This document shows positions 11,842-25,025 of a stretch of 64,000 nucleotides of DNA, one piece after another. The translations under genes were made by a program, and so were the position numbers. The notes beneath the pieces are model-generated. The model was given only the letters and a program-made list of their open reading frames with translations, did no database searches and was not told where the DNA came from. Origin of the DNA: Octopus sinensis (lineage: Eukaryota); assembly GCF_006345805.1 (NCBI RefSeq), contig NC_043000.1, positions 56,048,001 through 56,112,000 on the forward strand. Direction: 5' to 3'. The first letter of the stretch is position 1, and every line of letters starts with the position of its first letter.

Positions 11842-14613
11842 TTAGGGTTATAACTTTTTGACATTTTGAAGGTAAACAATTTCCTGTATTAAAAGTTGAT
11901 GAACAATTTTATATAAGGAAGGAAAATAACCTTTATTTTAATTTTTTTTTAAAAGACGTCACCCCCAACTGTAGAAATGTAACTCCACCTCTGACCTAAA
12001 TCATGCAAAATTCTAGGGGTCAAAATGCCTACTCGACTTTTTACCAAATTCGGTGTGCTGAATTAATGCAATGCAGAAGCAGTATATCTCAAATTTCAGC
12101 TTTCAAGTTTAAGTAGTTTAGGAGTTATAGAGTTTTTAATTTGTTACCACTTAGGCCCTACTTTAGGAAATATCCTCTTCCTCTCCTTTTTATTTCTGTG
12201 ACGCTAAAAACTCTGACTATATTAACTGCTTTTCTGTTTTTCCAACTAGAATATCTAAAACAATGTCTCATAAGAGAAGTGCTTGTGTCACTCAAAGAAA
12301 CAAAAAATTCTGGACGAAGAATCTCATGCAATTCCAAGACTCACATAGGAAAAGAAAACCTATTCCTCTAGAAGAGCATTCTTTAGAAAACAACTACAGG
12401 ATACCAATGAAACTTCAAATTGTCGGTCGCTACCTGTTCCTTTGAGGTACCATCAAAGGAAGGAAAGAAAGAACAAAGGAAACTTTGAAAGAAGTAACTT
12501 ATTTATGGCAAAAGAAATTAAATTTCCCATATTTATCAATTCAAAATGTACAAGCAAAAGGAGAAAAATTGCTGGATACGTATGATAACTGTGTAAAACA
12601 AGGAAAATACGATTCATTGAAAGGAATCTTTCACATCACAAAGGAAAAATGATTAATGGCAGTGCAGTGAGAATATAAAGCTAAATTATCTTCAAATTGA
12701 AAGCAAGGGACAGGTTGGGAATGCAAGTGGAAAGGCAGCCAATTCCAAAACTATCCATCCATCCAAAAAAAGAAAAGTGTCCTTAACGCCAACTTCAACC
12801 AGAGCAACTCCGGTGTCATCGTCAATGTCTGAAGCAGAGACTGAGAGTGAGTAGCAAGAGTCCAAAAAATCAGATGAAGAATCCACACAAACAAGGAGGA
12901 AGTAGAGCAAAAATGGAACTGCAGCCAAGTTAGTAATACCTTCCAAGCTATCAACCCAAAAATCAGCGTCAGTTGTCAACAATTGTCTCAAGATGGAATC
13001 AATGTCAAGACTCCTTCCCAATCTGGTATTTACAGAACAACTATCAAAGAAGCTGGTAAACTAAAAAAGAAAATGAAGAAAACGCTACATTTAGAAAACT
13101 TATTATATTTTGATGGTAAATGTATTGACGACCAAGAATACCAAGTGCTTGTTTTAAAGAATGTACAGAGAGAAGTTAAGTTAGAAGTACTCCAATTACC
13201 AAACAGAAAAGCTGATACTGGTCTGAAAGGAATAACAGCTGTTTTAGATGAATACAATTTATGGAACTGTGTAAAGATGACTGTTGCTGATACAACGAGT
13301 ATGAACACTGGAAAAAGAAAAGGCATTGTCATTCAGTTGCAAAGACTGTTTGCTTAAAAGGGTTTGAAAGAACTGCAGTTTATTGGTTATCAGCATCATA
13401 TCCTTGATAGAGTTCTTCGTGTTGTAATGGATAATGAACTTAGAGAAAAAAGTCATCTGCCTATATTGAATATACATTCATCATAGAGCTTCTAAGTAAT
13501 TATGAGAAACTCCAGGCTAATTTCAACAATGGTGAAGGAAAGATTACTTAATCTGCAGGATGGCAAGATGACATGCAATAGAAATTTCATTTGGCCAGAG
13601 GTTTTCGTGTTTTTGAAGAAACCAACAAATTCCCTACTGTAAAGTTTCCAAAAATACCCAACTTAAGTAATGCAAGATGGAATTCTCAAGCAATACTAGC
13701 TCTTTTGGCATTTATTCTTCTACCAGAGAAAAGAGTTTTGCTTCTCAATGTTTGTCAATTCATCTCTTAAAGTTGGGCAGATTTTTGGTTTACTAACCAA
13801 ATGTTCAATGCACATGATTATCAGAAGTTATGTGGTAGCCTGCACATTCATAAAAATGCATTGAGCTCTGTAAAAAACTTGGAGTCAAGAACCGTCAAAA
13901 CTGGAAATTCCCAGAACAAATCAGAGTGCAAAACAGGTAATCAAGTGCCTTCAAGATCTTTATGATGTTTGTAAAAAAGAAGGAGAAACTTCAACTTCGA
14001 TTTATTTTATCTAACAAAACATATTAATTCTTTGTTATGTTTAAAACTTTACTAACATCCAGCACCCGTTTTCTTATACAGTTATTTAAAATTTTAATTA
14101 AACCTATAAATTTCAAAATATGTATTGTTTTTAATTTTGTATGTTATCGAATGCTTGTAGTAGCATCTGTCTTAAAATAACCTAGTTTTGAACCTTTGCA
14201 TAGAGCAATTTCAATTCAGTAATCTTTAAAATGTATAAACACAATCTTATTCCACATCTCTCTTGTGTTTACAAGGATTTGGGCAGCAGAAATACTGAAG
14301 TGTGAATCTAGTGCCATCTAGTGATTATAGTTTAAAAAGCCCATAACTCTGAAACTACTTCAACTAGAAAGCTAGAATTTCAGATATACTATTTCTGCAT
14401 TGCATTGAGTCAGCACACCAACTTGAGCTGGTGTTATGAACCCTCCTAGAATTTTGCATGATTTGGGTCAAAAGTGGTGATTGATTTCTAAAGTTCGGGG
14501 TGACATTTTTTTTCGAAATAAAGCAAAATAAATGTAAGTTTCCTTACTTTTATGAAATTATTCCTCAAATTACAGTATAGGGTTATTAGGTTGGGAAAAA
14601 GTCATAGCCCTAA
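11842..14613 (+). mobile_element. hATm-type (hAT superfamily) DNA transposon, full-length but decayed
   Basis: Termini TTAGGGTTATAACTTTTT / AAAAAGTCATAGCCCTAA. Imperfect inverted repeats extend ~290 bp (11842-~12139 vs ~14332-14613). Inserted in a (GT)n tract; 8-bp flanks tgtgtgtg / tgcgtgag match at 6/8. Subgroup assignment rests on transposase motifs recalled from hATm-like elements. Confidence 0.7.
12263..14030 (+). pseudogene. Disrupted transposase of the hATm-type element
   Basis: Fragments include LYFDGK, VADTTSMNTGKRKG and IGYQHHILDRVLR, a degenerate CxHH motif (family pattern HWDGK...DTTxxNTG...CxHH). Multiple in-frame stops and frameshifts. Confidence 0.7.
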
Positions 14614-14660
14614 TGCGTGAGTGTGTGCGTGTGAATGTATACGTGTGTGTGTATGTGTGT

Positions 14661-14691
<31 letters not shown>

Positions 14692-15004
14692 CGTGCGCAT
14701 GCACTATCTTTTACAGTTTTAAAGTCCACTTTTCCATACTTCTATGGGTGAATGGATGAAACAGAATTTATAGAGGTGGGATGCTCTTACTGTCAACAAC
14801 CTATATCTTTTTCCAGGAAAAGTTAATATTTCTCCATGGCCAGACGTGTATTTGAAAGATATTAGAAAGAGATTACACTACTGCATGACATTTACACCTA
14901 TCCACATTAGTGTTGTCTGTTTAAAAAAGGTTTTCATCATGACTTCAGTGATACTAAAAATTCTATAAGCAATTTCTAATGCCTAGTTACTTTTCACCAC
15001 CCTG

Positions 15005-15050
<46 letters not shown>

Positions 15051-15432
15051 CATGCACATACACACACATATGTAGACACATATAGGCGAATAAAATGATA
15101 GAATGATAAATAAATAGAAAGATATAGATATACAGAGATAGATAAAATATGTTTGCACATACATATGAACACATATATATATATGTATGTATGTGTATAC
15201 ATATATACATACATACACATATGTATACACACACACACATACATATATACACATATATATATATGTAAGTATGTATCTGTATAAATACATTCACACACAC
15301 TTGTACTTTAATTTTCATTTTTCTTTTCTGTAGTACGATTTTGTAAATCCTTTACATTACGAACAACACTACAAAACAAATCAAATGAGGTAATTACATA
15401 TGAATATCAGTGCACGCACACACACACACACA

Positions 15433-15472
<40 letters not shown>

Positions 15473-16859
15473 ATACACACACACACACATACACACACAT
15501 ACATGATTTTCTTTCATTAGTATTTAAATTGCTATCAAGTTTTAACATACAAAGGCTACTAAATTACGTTTCTACATTCATCCATTTGATAAAAGAATAT
15601 AATATAAAGAATATAATATAAAGAAATATCATTCATATAATTTGATTAAATGTGCAAGAAATAAGAATATGGTCAATCTTTGTAAAGAATGGACATTTCG
15701 CAACTGAGTTTCCTAATCCAATATATTGGCCCATCTTGTATGACTTGCCTGTACTGTTGTACATTAAAGTAGGTAACTAATGTTATTTAGTTGCTCTATT
15801 TATTCATTCTCATCAAGACAAGTTTGACAAACGTGTCATAAAAAGATAGTGGAAAATGTGATGTATTTAAGGCAAGCCCAAATTAGGAAGCTACGTAAGT
15901 GGAGAAAAGTTCTGACAGAAATGTAATTATACTCACTTAAATACAGGCATTGAATGGAAAATGGTAGCATCCTGTTGAGTTTAAGAAATAATTCAATGAT
16001 AGATTGATATCTGTTTGGGAAACTTTCAAAGAATTCTTATAAGTCAAGATGGAAATTGAGTAGATTATGCCAGAATATAGAATATATTTAATACAGACAA
16101 TAGGTTTTAAAAGCTTTAGGTTCAACATTCTATTGAATAAAATGAAAAGAATACGCACATACATATATACATACATATATATATATATAGGTATGTATGC
16201 AACAGGAGTAGTATTAGATTAAAATGGCCATCTGTGTATCATACTCAACATAAATACATTGTGTGGAATTCTTCCAGAGATAATATTTTAAATGTTGTGC
16301 CTAAAATTACAACAGCTAATGTGAGTGCTAAATTTGCCTTTCTGGCTTATTGATTTTTGTCACTAGTGTGTACTCACAGTCAACAGCAATGAAGTTCAGA
16401 GCCTCATGAATTATGTGCCGCCTTTGCTCCACCTTTGTCACACTAAAATCCAAAATGGACATGCTGTATCTTGTTATTGCAGTGACAGTTGTTTTAATGT
16501 GTGAGGAAGTGGGTATATGTGTGTTTCATTTGGGTTTGAGAATTATGTATGAATGTGTTGCTTGATCAAAGCAAAAGATTTTGTGTGTGTGTGTGTGTGT
16601 GTGTTCATGTAAATACATGTGTGTGTGAGAGTGTCTAATATTCCTGTGTGTGATCCAGAGTAGTATCACTTGTCAGGGTCCCAGCTATGGGTTAACCAGC
16701 ATACATGATAACAATCCCTCTGAATATAGGGTCACAGAAGTATCCTTGGTAGGTGTTAGGTCACTCAGTAAAACTGACAGGAGTGTGGACCCTTGGCTGT
16801 TATCACAGCATGCTTTTTATAGGGGAGGGACATTCAGGTGTAAAACCTCAAGTTTCATG

Positions 16860-17160
16860 TGATTACTGGTCATCTTGCTTCAGCCTATTATCCGGTACTA
16901 ATCTTGGAGACTGAGAGAATGGTACTAGTGTTGTACAAGCAGTTATCACTATAATTTAAGGATGTATAGATGTCTCTTTACAAGGGCCTTTTTAGTCAGT
17001 CCATATGTTGAAAGTCTTATGACAATGGAAAAGTGGTGACATATGCAGACCTAACCAGTTAGATGGACACAGTTATTTGCATCTTTCATAAGTTACCCAT
17101 GCTTCAAACCATGTAGATCTGCAATGGGACTGAATAGTCATCTGAGAGACCACAAACAGA
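16860..17160 (+). mobile_element. RTE-like LINE extreme 3' end
   Basis: KPCRSAMGLNSHLRDH resembles the C-terminal zinc-finger tail of RTE ORF2. Confidence 0.4.
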
Positions 17161-17340
17161 AAGTCAGAAATGCTTTTGGCTATGAGGAAGCAACAAGGAG
17201 ACAGCTGTCCTCTGTGAAGATGAAGCAACCACCATGTATGTATGTATGTATGTATGTATGTATGTATGTATGTATGTATGTGTGTGCATGCATGTGTGTG
17301 TGTGTGCATGCATGTGTTTGTGTGTGCATGCATGCATGTA

Positions 17341-18203
17341 CAAGGTGGTATCAAAAGGTTCCAGGACTAGTTATGTTTAATAAAAAATAACTTATTCACC
17401 TAAGTTTTAACATTATTTCCTTCAAAATAGTCACCTTGTGCAGCAATACACTGGCCCCAGCAATCCTGCTACTTTTGGAATCCAGTTTGGAAGTTGTTTT
17501 CTATAAATGAGTCAAGGACCTTCTGCAATTTGCTCTGGATCTCAATGATGGAGTTAAAACAGCGACCTTTGAGCTGCATTTTCAATTTAGAGAAGAGATG
17601 GAAGTACAGGGTGGGTTCAAAAGTGGTATCATGTTGTTTTTGGCAAGAAACTCACAAGTGAGGAGAGCTCAGGGACAGGGTGCATTGTCATTGTGAAGAA
17701 TCCAATTCTTCATGCTCAACAGAACTGGTGGCTTTTGCCAAATGTCCTCCATCAGATGCTTCAAAACATCACAGCAGAATTCCCAATAAATAGTCTGACA
17801 GAGAGAGAGGAAGTCTTGATGCACAGTACCACATTTTTGGGGGTGATGCTCATGGCAGGCCTTCCGGATTGCTCACCATCTTCCAGGGATGTTTTTATAC
17901 TTTTGAAGCACCCATGCCACTTGAATCATTGCATATGACCCATTGTCTCATGTTCAATGTCTCTGTAGCAGACTTCCCAAATTTAATGCAAAATTTCTCA
18001 TTGGCTCTTTGGTCTTATCCATGACAAAATCACAGACTACAACATAAATGTGATCACAAAAACACAAATTTCACAACTTGAAAAGTAAACATTGTGCTAT
18101 CACTCAACCTGCTGCCTCAAGAAGGTCATTGCTAGCTTTCACTGTGCTGCCATCTGTTGGCATGCTACATAACTTGTCTGGGAATTTTTTGACATCACCT
18201 CAT
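17341..18203 (-). mobile_element. Internally deleted mariner (Tc1/mariner) element
   Basis: TIRs ta-CAAGGTGGTATCAAAAGGTTCCAGGACTAGTTATG / CATAACTTGTCTGGGAATTTTTTGACATCACCTCAT. Minus strand encodes a mariner-type C-terminus (LKMQLKGRCFNSIIEIQ...QCIAAQGDYFEGN). Confidence 0.75.
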
Positions 18204-18214
18204 TTATCATTCAG

Positions 18215-18580
18215 TTTTATTTCAAGAGTTCTTGCCAATAAAGAAAGAGTAGGTTTCTAACCTAGATCCAAGGCTCTTCCATTGGAATTTCAACAACATC
18301 AACAGGGTATTTTTCCATGTATGTGTGTACATGAGCAGTATTTAGAGTCCGTGCATGTATAGATTTGTATGTTTTGTTTTATATATGTCTTCTCACCATA
18401 TAGTTGCATGTCTAGACATGCATATATATACTTAAATGATAAACACCTGAAAAGTTTTACAAATTTTTACAGTTCCCGTGATGGCTTGGATCTTTAGTCT
18501 TCAAATCAGCTTTCTCCTTTCTGGTTTTGAGAAGCCTAATTTCTCAAGATTAGTACTTAGGCAGTGTGTTACATATTTAT
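18215..18580 (-). mobile_element. 3' end of a different RLE-type non-LTR retrotransposon
   Basis: Minus-strand YVTHCLSTNLEKLGFSKPERRKLI*RLKIQAITGTVKICKTF resembles an RLE C-terminus. Its 3' UTR recurs at ~53050-53280. Confidence 0.55.
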
Positions 18581-18710
18581 GCATGCCAGTGCCACCTGAC
18601 TGGCCCCCGTGTCAGTGGCACTTAAAAAGCACCCACTACACTCTCAGATTGGTTGGTGTTAGAAAGGGCATCCAGCTGTAGAAACCTTGCCAGAACAGAT
18701 TGGAGCTTAA

Positions 18711-18929
18711 CCCTTTTGTTACCAACCCAACTGAAACCAGCTCTGGCTCTGAGTACAAATGTCTTGCTTTCATAAGTTTTGAATTAAAATCTTCCACTAA
18801 ACCTTAGTCACAATTTATGTTCCTAACACTAGCTGAATGATAACTAAGTTATTTTCTACATTCTTTGTCATATTTAAAGTAATTGAAAGAAACACAGAGC
18901 ATCTCAAAATAAATACAGTAACAAAAGGG
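18711..18929. mobile_element. TTAA-flanked (piggyBac-like) MITE
   Basis: TTAA-CCCTTTTGTTAC ... GTAACAAAAGGG-TTAA. Near-identical to the copy at 29115-29336. Confidence 0.8.
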
Positions 18930-19895
18930 TTAATGCAGCCTCCTGGCTTGCCAGTCCTCAGTCAAACCATCCAACTCATGCCAGCAGGGAAAGCAGGCAT
19001 TAAACGATGATGATGATGAATGATAATGTATTATGTATGCATGTATGTATGCTGGTATTTGTATAGGTAGGAATGTATGTGTCTAACATAAACACGCAGA
19101 TCATGCACTTTGAGTAAGGAGTGCTGTCAGTTTAAACACCTTCAGTATTGACCATGAGATGACAAAACGAACAGCTGACCTCAGTGGAATTGGCACTTTG
19201 AAACAAAGTGACATAACTAGACACCACAGTTATTTTGACATTATAATATCAATTCTATCACCCTTTTCAATGATACTACTGTTATCATTCTCTATGCAGA
19301 ATATTCAGAACAGACCTGCAATATTTTTAATGGTTAGCAGGAGGAAGCAGAGTACATGGGGAGGTCTCAGATTGAAAATTTGGCCTAAATACCTGCAACA
19401 AAGTGAACTCTTCCAAAATCATTTAAGATCTAGGTGGCAGTGTCAAACAAGGCAGTTGATTTAGGTCTAAAAACAGACTAAAATTAAGTTCAGTTTGCTT
19501 ATGACTTACTTAGTCCAATAGTAATCAGGTTTTATGTTGCTCTAATAAAAATAATCTAAAAGCACTTTCAATGACAGATGCAGTAATACTTTATTGGGAT
19601 TATAAATAAAATTCTAGCTTCTATAAATCTATCCTTTTTCTGTGCATGTAACACTTTATAGAATACAGGTCACTCTGTGAAGGCTGCTGGTAACAAGTAA
19701 TTCAGTAAATCTTCTTGTATGGTCAACTAAAGTGGCACCACCACCACCACTTCCACTACTGGCAAACTAGCCTACTGAGGAGTGGCGCTAGAAACTCAGT
19801 AGCACAAATACAATAACTGTCAAAAGGATGTGTAGAGTTGACAAATACCTATAATCTTAGAAATTCTTGGTTGGTGTCCAGATGACATGCTTTAA

Positions 19896-20093
19896 CCCTT
19901 TAGCATCCAGCTTACTTTGTCAAATATAATGCTTATTTATTCCCATTGTTTTGAATTAATCATGCATTATCTTGTTGTTTCAATATTTTAGAATGACATT
20001 ATATTGTAGAAGTGAGGAGCCATATCTGGCCAATTTGAACATAAAGCTGGCAGACTATTTGGACCAGATATGTCCAGTTTAAATGCTAAAGGG
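19896..20093. mobile_element. TTAA-flanked MITE, second family
   Basis: TTAA-CCCTTTAGCAT ... ATGCTAAAGGG-TTGA. Confidence 0.65.
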
Positions 20094-22017
20094 TTGAATT
20101 CATTATGGTATGTTTCTAGGACAAAGTTGCTCTGTTACAAAACTCACTTAACACTGCCAAGACAAATATCTTGCTTCGGCTTGTGTATGGATCCTTTGGC
20201 TTTGGAAATACTATGTAACAATTTTTTTTATTGGTCAGTAATAGTTATTTTCTCTTTGTTTCTATCTACAAATCAAAGGAAATAACTGCTATTTCCTTTA
20301 AACTTTGCTTTTGTGTCCAGAACATCAATGTTTTGAAACTGACCTATTTTCCATTACATTTCAGACAGATTCAGCACTGAGTTGCTGAAGCAGAAATATC
20401 GTTATGGCAAATATTCTACTCAATACCACAAATTTGCTTGTCAGTTGCTTGACCATAGCTACTTGAGTTTGTCTTTTAGTGGCTGACAATATGTGCATAT
20501 CTGATCATAAACAGGAGTAGTGGGGGAGCATCATAGCCATGTGTTGAGAGGAATTCTTTGGCGTTTGAATAAATGTAAGAAAAACAAAGTTTAAAGGAAA
20601 TATTAGCTGTTTTTCATGCTTTCTAAGGGCAAGCAAATAAGAAGTAACAGATGCTACCCAAGGACAAAAATCGTGTTACACAGTGTAATGAGAGTTATGA
20701 TATTATGTAAGCAGTTCTAGACTTAAATTTTGGAAGGGCGTCACAGATAGTATATTCTCTAACTATGAATGAAGGCCATACATGCTCACTTAGTGGACAC
20801 CATCATAATATATGCTCACACAGGTACACACACACATTTACTCACTCAAACTAATACAGTGCGTATTAGTGACAGAGGCAGTATTAATACTTGGAGGTAA
20901 CATTTATCCATACTTAAATGTGGATGTTCTGTTAGAACAAACTATACTGACATAGACAGCACAAGAGAAACTCTCATATTGTATTTTAGGTGGAAAATAC
21001 ACTCTTGTGTATATCTCTAGCAGGGAGATAAATCCCAGCTACTTCCAGCACCAAGACCACCAGATCATATGATTTCGATCCTCCTTGGTCTTATCAATGA
21101 TAGACACTTAACTTCTAGAAAAAAAGAAAAGATTTTAAAAAGTGAAGAATTCACCTCTCTCTCTCTCTCTCTTTCGGAGAGGCACAAGCACCTACACGCA
21201 CATATACACACACGGCAGTAACTTCCGCCTGCCGAATTCAATCACAAAGCTTTGGTTGGCTCGGGGCTATAGCAGAAGACACCTACCCAAAGTGCCTCGC
21301 AGTGGGACTGAACCCGAAACCATGTAGCTAGGAAGCAAGCTCCCTAACCACACAGCCATCTTGTACATATTTACAAACAAAGACTTAGACACTCACACAC
21401 TTACATACATATATACATGCATACATACATACGTACATACATACATATATACATACACATAAGCGACCAAAGTGTACGTACACCGCCGTATGCAGAATAA
21501 CGAATATAGTATCTCAAAGTACTGCTTTTGATTTCAATTTCCCTTGGACAATGTTGATGATTTTGTTAAAAGCAATTAATTCTAGCCAAAAAGTGTTTTA
21601 TTCAGCAAGAGCTCTGTCTACAAGCAGACAATATTTCTTTGTTCTGTAGCAGAATATTTTGATGAAAATATGCCTACTAAGCAGAACCTTTGATCATGTG
21701 ACATAGAACTAAAGATGAAGAAAACATGGACTAGCCAATTTACCTCCAGAAGCTGTGAAAGACTGTCTCAGACACTTGTTGAGAAAGAAAACTATTGAGT
21801 TTTGCCATGTTGAACTGATCGTTTCTGTAGCACACACTAACACTCCTTTACAACTTTCAGTCTCTCTACATCTCTTTTTTACTCATTTCTGTTCTATCTC
21901 TAGGGAATCCAGACCCAGTATTTTTTATTTATGCATTATTCTGGGTTGCATTTGAATCTCTACAAAACCTGGTAAATATCAATGCTTACACACACACACA
22001 CACACACACCTGTATGT

Positions 22018-22378
22018 ATGTATATAAAAAGGAATACAAAAAATGGGGCAAGAATGTAAAACATCCAAACAGTTAGATGATACAAAAAGGGACAAGACAA
22101 AACAAGGATGGGTCATTCGGAGTTTTCTTTCTGGATTATCTTTGCAATTTCGGCTGGTTATACTCAAGATTGTTCCAATCTGGCCAGCTCCAAGGAAAAA
22201 CTAAGCAATCTGGAGTAATCTCAAGTATAACCAGCCAAAATTGCAAAGATAATCTGGAACTTCACTGAGGAAAGAAAACTCTGAATTACCTGTCCTTGTT
22301 TTGTCTTGTCCCTTTTTTGTATCATCTGTCTAGATGTTTTGTGTTCTTTCCCACTTTTTTATTCCTTTTTATATACAT
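22018..22378. repeat. Fold-back (inverted duplication) of a Penelope-like/unknown repeat
   Basis: ~160-bp inverted arms. The ORF track gives the same peptide (MSITSxNCKDN) on both strands. Confidence 0.8.
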
Positions 22379-23364
22379 ATGACAGCGTACGTACAATTTG
22401 GTCTCTTATATGTATGTATGTATGTATGTATGTAAGTGTGTGAGTGTCTAAGTGTTTATTTGTAAACATGTACAAGGGTGAATTCCTCACTTTTTAAAAT
22501 CTTTTCTTTTTTCTTTTTTTTACCAGTCAATCCATAGCAGAAGAATATTGGTTTCAAATTTTTTTGGGAAAAAAAAATCCCCATTCACTTTTTGCATTAT
22601 TATCAACTGGAAATCCAACTTTATTCATGGATAGGATGCTAGTTTCTCATTCTGCTCTATCACTTAGTGACAGCTTTGACAATCTATAAAGTCAAGTTAC
22701 TGATATCCAGATGGCTATCAATAACGAAAACTTCCAGTTATTTTAGATCAAAGTTTTTCTTCCTCATTCCTTCAATTCAAGCAATATCCCTGCCACTCTT
22801 CAAACTATTCCAGCTGTCACCAGCTATTCAATTATATCTCATTCTGCATTGAGAACATCTATCTCAACTCACTTGTCTCTAAATTCATTATTTTCTAGGT
22901 TTTATTAAATCACCCTGGGTTTGATTAAATCAACTACATTGTGCTGAAAATGTATGGATCTGTGGTGACTATTTTAAAAATCCATATACACTATTTCACA
23001 AAAGATACGATATAATTTATTACATGTATGTAAGCATTATTTGTCTTGTAGAGAAGATTTTTTGAGGGTGGGGGGTTTTAATTCAGATTACTAAAAACAT
23101 CTTTTTGCACTTTCAATTCTCTTCAGCAAGTTTATCCAGATCATGTACTTTTTTATGTGGGCATCTACACCTTGTATTACTAACAGGTAAAAATCAATAC
23201 AAGAACGTCTATAAGAACTTTAAGAGAACTTGCTTTGCTTAAAAGCATCTTGGTCTATTCACTGGTTTGCAGGTAATACACCCTCTTAATGGGCTCCCTC
23301 ACACAACACATTGCCTGGAGTAATATGACTAGCTTCCTGTATTCTCTTTTCTCTAGATAATTAA

Positions 23365-23790
23365 GGTGTAGGGGTGGCTGTGTGGCAAGTAGCTTGCTTA
23401 CGAACCACATGTTTCCGGGTTCAGTCCCACTGTGTGGCACCTTGGGCAAGGGTCTTCTACTATAGCCTTGGGCTGACCAAAGCCTTGTGAGTGGATTTGG
23501 TAGAGAGAAACTGAAAGAAGCCCATCGTATATATGTATATATATGAAAGAAGCCTGTCAAATATATGTGCATGTGTGTGTATATGTTTGTGAGTCTGTGT
23601 TTGTTCCCCCAACATCGCTTGTCAACCGATGCTGGTGTGTTTATGTCCCCGTAACTTAGTGGTTCAACAAAGAGACCGATAGAATAAGTACTAGGCTTAC
23701 AAAGAATAAGTCCTGGTGTTGATTTGCTCGACTAAAGGCGGTGCTCCAGCATGCCCACAGACTGAAACAAGTAAAAGAAGAAAAGAGTAA
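23365..23790 (+). mobile_element. SINE family B copy
   Basis: Full-length match to the 24582 element. Confidence 0.85.
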
Positions 23791-24581
23791 AAGATACCCA
23801 AACTTGTATGAAATAGCAGTCAAATCACTCTTAAATCATACCCTACAACCTTGTAAAAGGATACATCACCTGGGGCACAGTGATGGTGTTGGTGGTTCTG
23901 GTATTGGTGTTATTGAATCTTAGTCATCTGAAAATAACAATTCAGATTTCCTAAACACTTGAAGCCTTAACGTAATTCTCAGTCAGAATCAGTGTAACAG
24001 AACGTACAACAAAATTGCACCTTTAGAATTACATGTACAATCCATCTGTCAGGCTTCTACACAGTTTCCATTTGGCCAATTACATTCACATGGTAATGGT
24101 CAACTTGAAGCGACAAATAATTACATTGACCCCAAGATACCACACTGTGGGAATGAATACAGACTGTCATACTTGCAAAGTGAACTTCTTAAACACATGT
24201 TCATATGGGATCAACTTTTGGGATGTACTGAAAAAACAAAAGCAGACCTTCACCATCTTCTCTCTCTTTCCTCCCTCTCTCCTCTCTCATTTTCCTGTGG
24301 CAGTGACAGTGATGACGACAACTATGATGACAAAGATAATTGTGTTTTGAATTCCTTTCATCATTAGGCTGCTCAGTGAAAGCTGACTTAGCGCCAAACA
24401 ATAACTGGTTTTTCACACAATCCATCCTGTTAAAGTGCACCAGACAGTATTTTTTCAACATTTTCCCATTATCTGTTGACAAGCTTTGAGCTCCCCTGAG
24501 AAGTTTAATGTCATGTGGTTCCATAGCTCTTCACAAGTTTTCTTTCTTCCTGATGATTAAAGGCTTTTCAATCATGACCAT

Positions 24582-24754
24582 AGGTGCAGGAGTGGCTGTG
24601 TGGTAAGTAGCTTGCTTACCAACCACATGGTTCCGGGTTCAGTCCCACTGTGTGGCACCTTGGGCAAGTGTTTTCTACTATAGCCTCGGGCTGACCAAAG
24701 CCTTGTGAGTGGATTTGGTAGACAGAAACTGAAAGAAGCCTGTCGCATATATAT

Positions 24755-24813
<59 letters not shown>

Positions 24814-25025
24814 TTGTGTGTCTGTGTTTGTCCCCACCAACATCACTTGACAACCGATGCGGCTGTATTTACATCCCCGTAACTTAGCAGTTCGGCAAAA
24901 GAGACTGATAGAATAAGTACTAGGCTTACAAAGAATAAGTCCTGAGGTTGATTTGCTCAACTAAAGGCGGTGCTCCAGCATGGCCACAGTCAAATGACTG
25001 AAACAAGTAAAAGAGTAAAAGAGTA
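24582..25025 (+). mobile_element. tRNA-derived SINE family B with internal (TA)/(GT) microsatellite
   Basis: Head ggctgtgtggtaagtagcttgcttaccaaccacatggttccgggttcagtccc, tail gaaacaagtaaaagagtaaaag. Many copies in the window. Confidence 0.9.

Noticed and set aside
11842-11847. TTAGGG telomere-like hexamer at both transposon ends
   Set aside because: A single unit forming the TIR terminus, not an interstitial telomeric array.
22255-22290. CUGAGGA-AA-GAAA hammerhead-like core in the fold-back arm
   Set aside because: No stem II and no convincing stem I or III pairing.
22650-22800. Minus-strand IEGMRKKNFDLK*LEVFVI, reminiscent of the centrosomin CM1 motif
   Set aside because: Multiple in-frame stops and no exon boundaries; likely chance or a decayed LINE ORF1.
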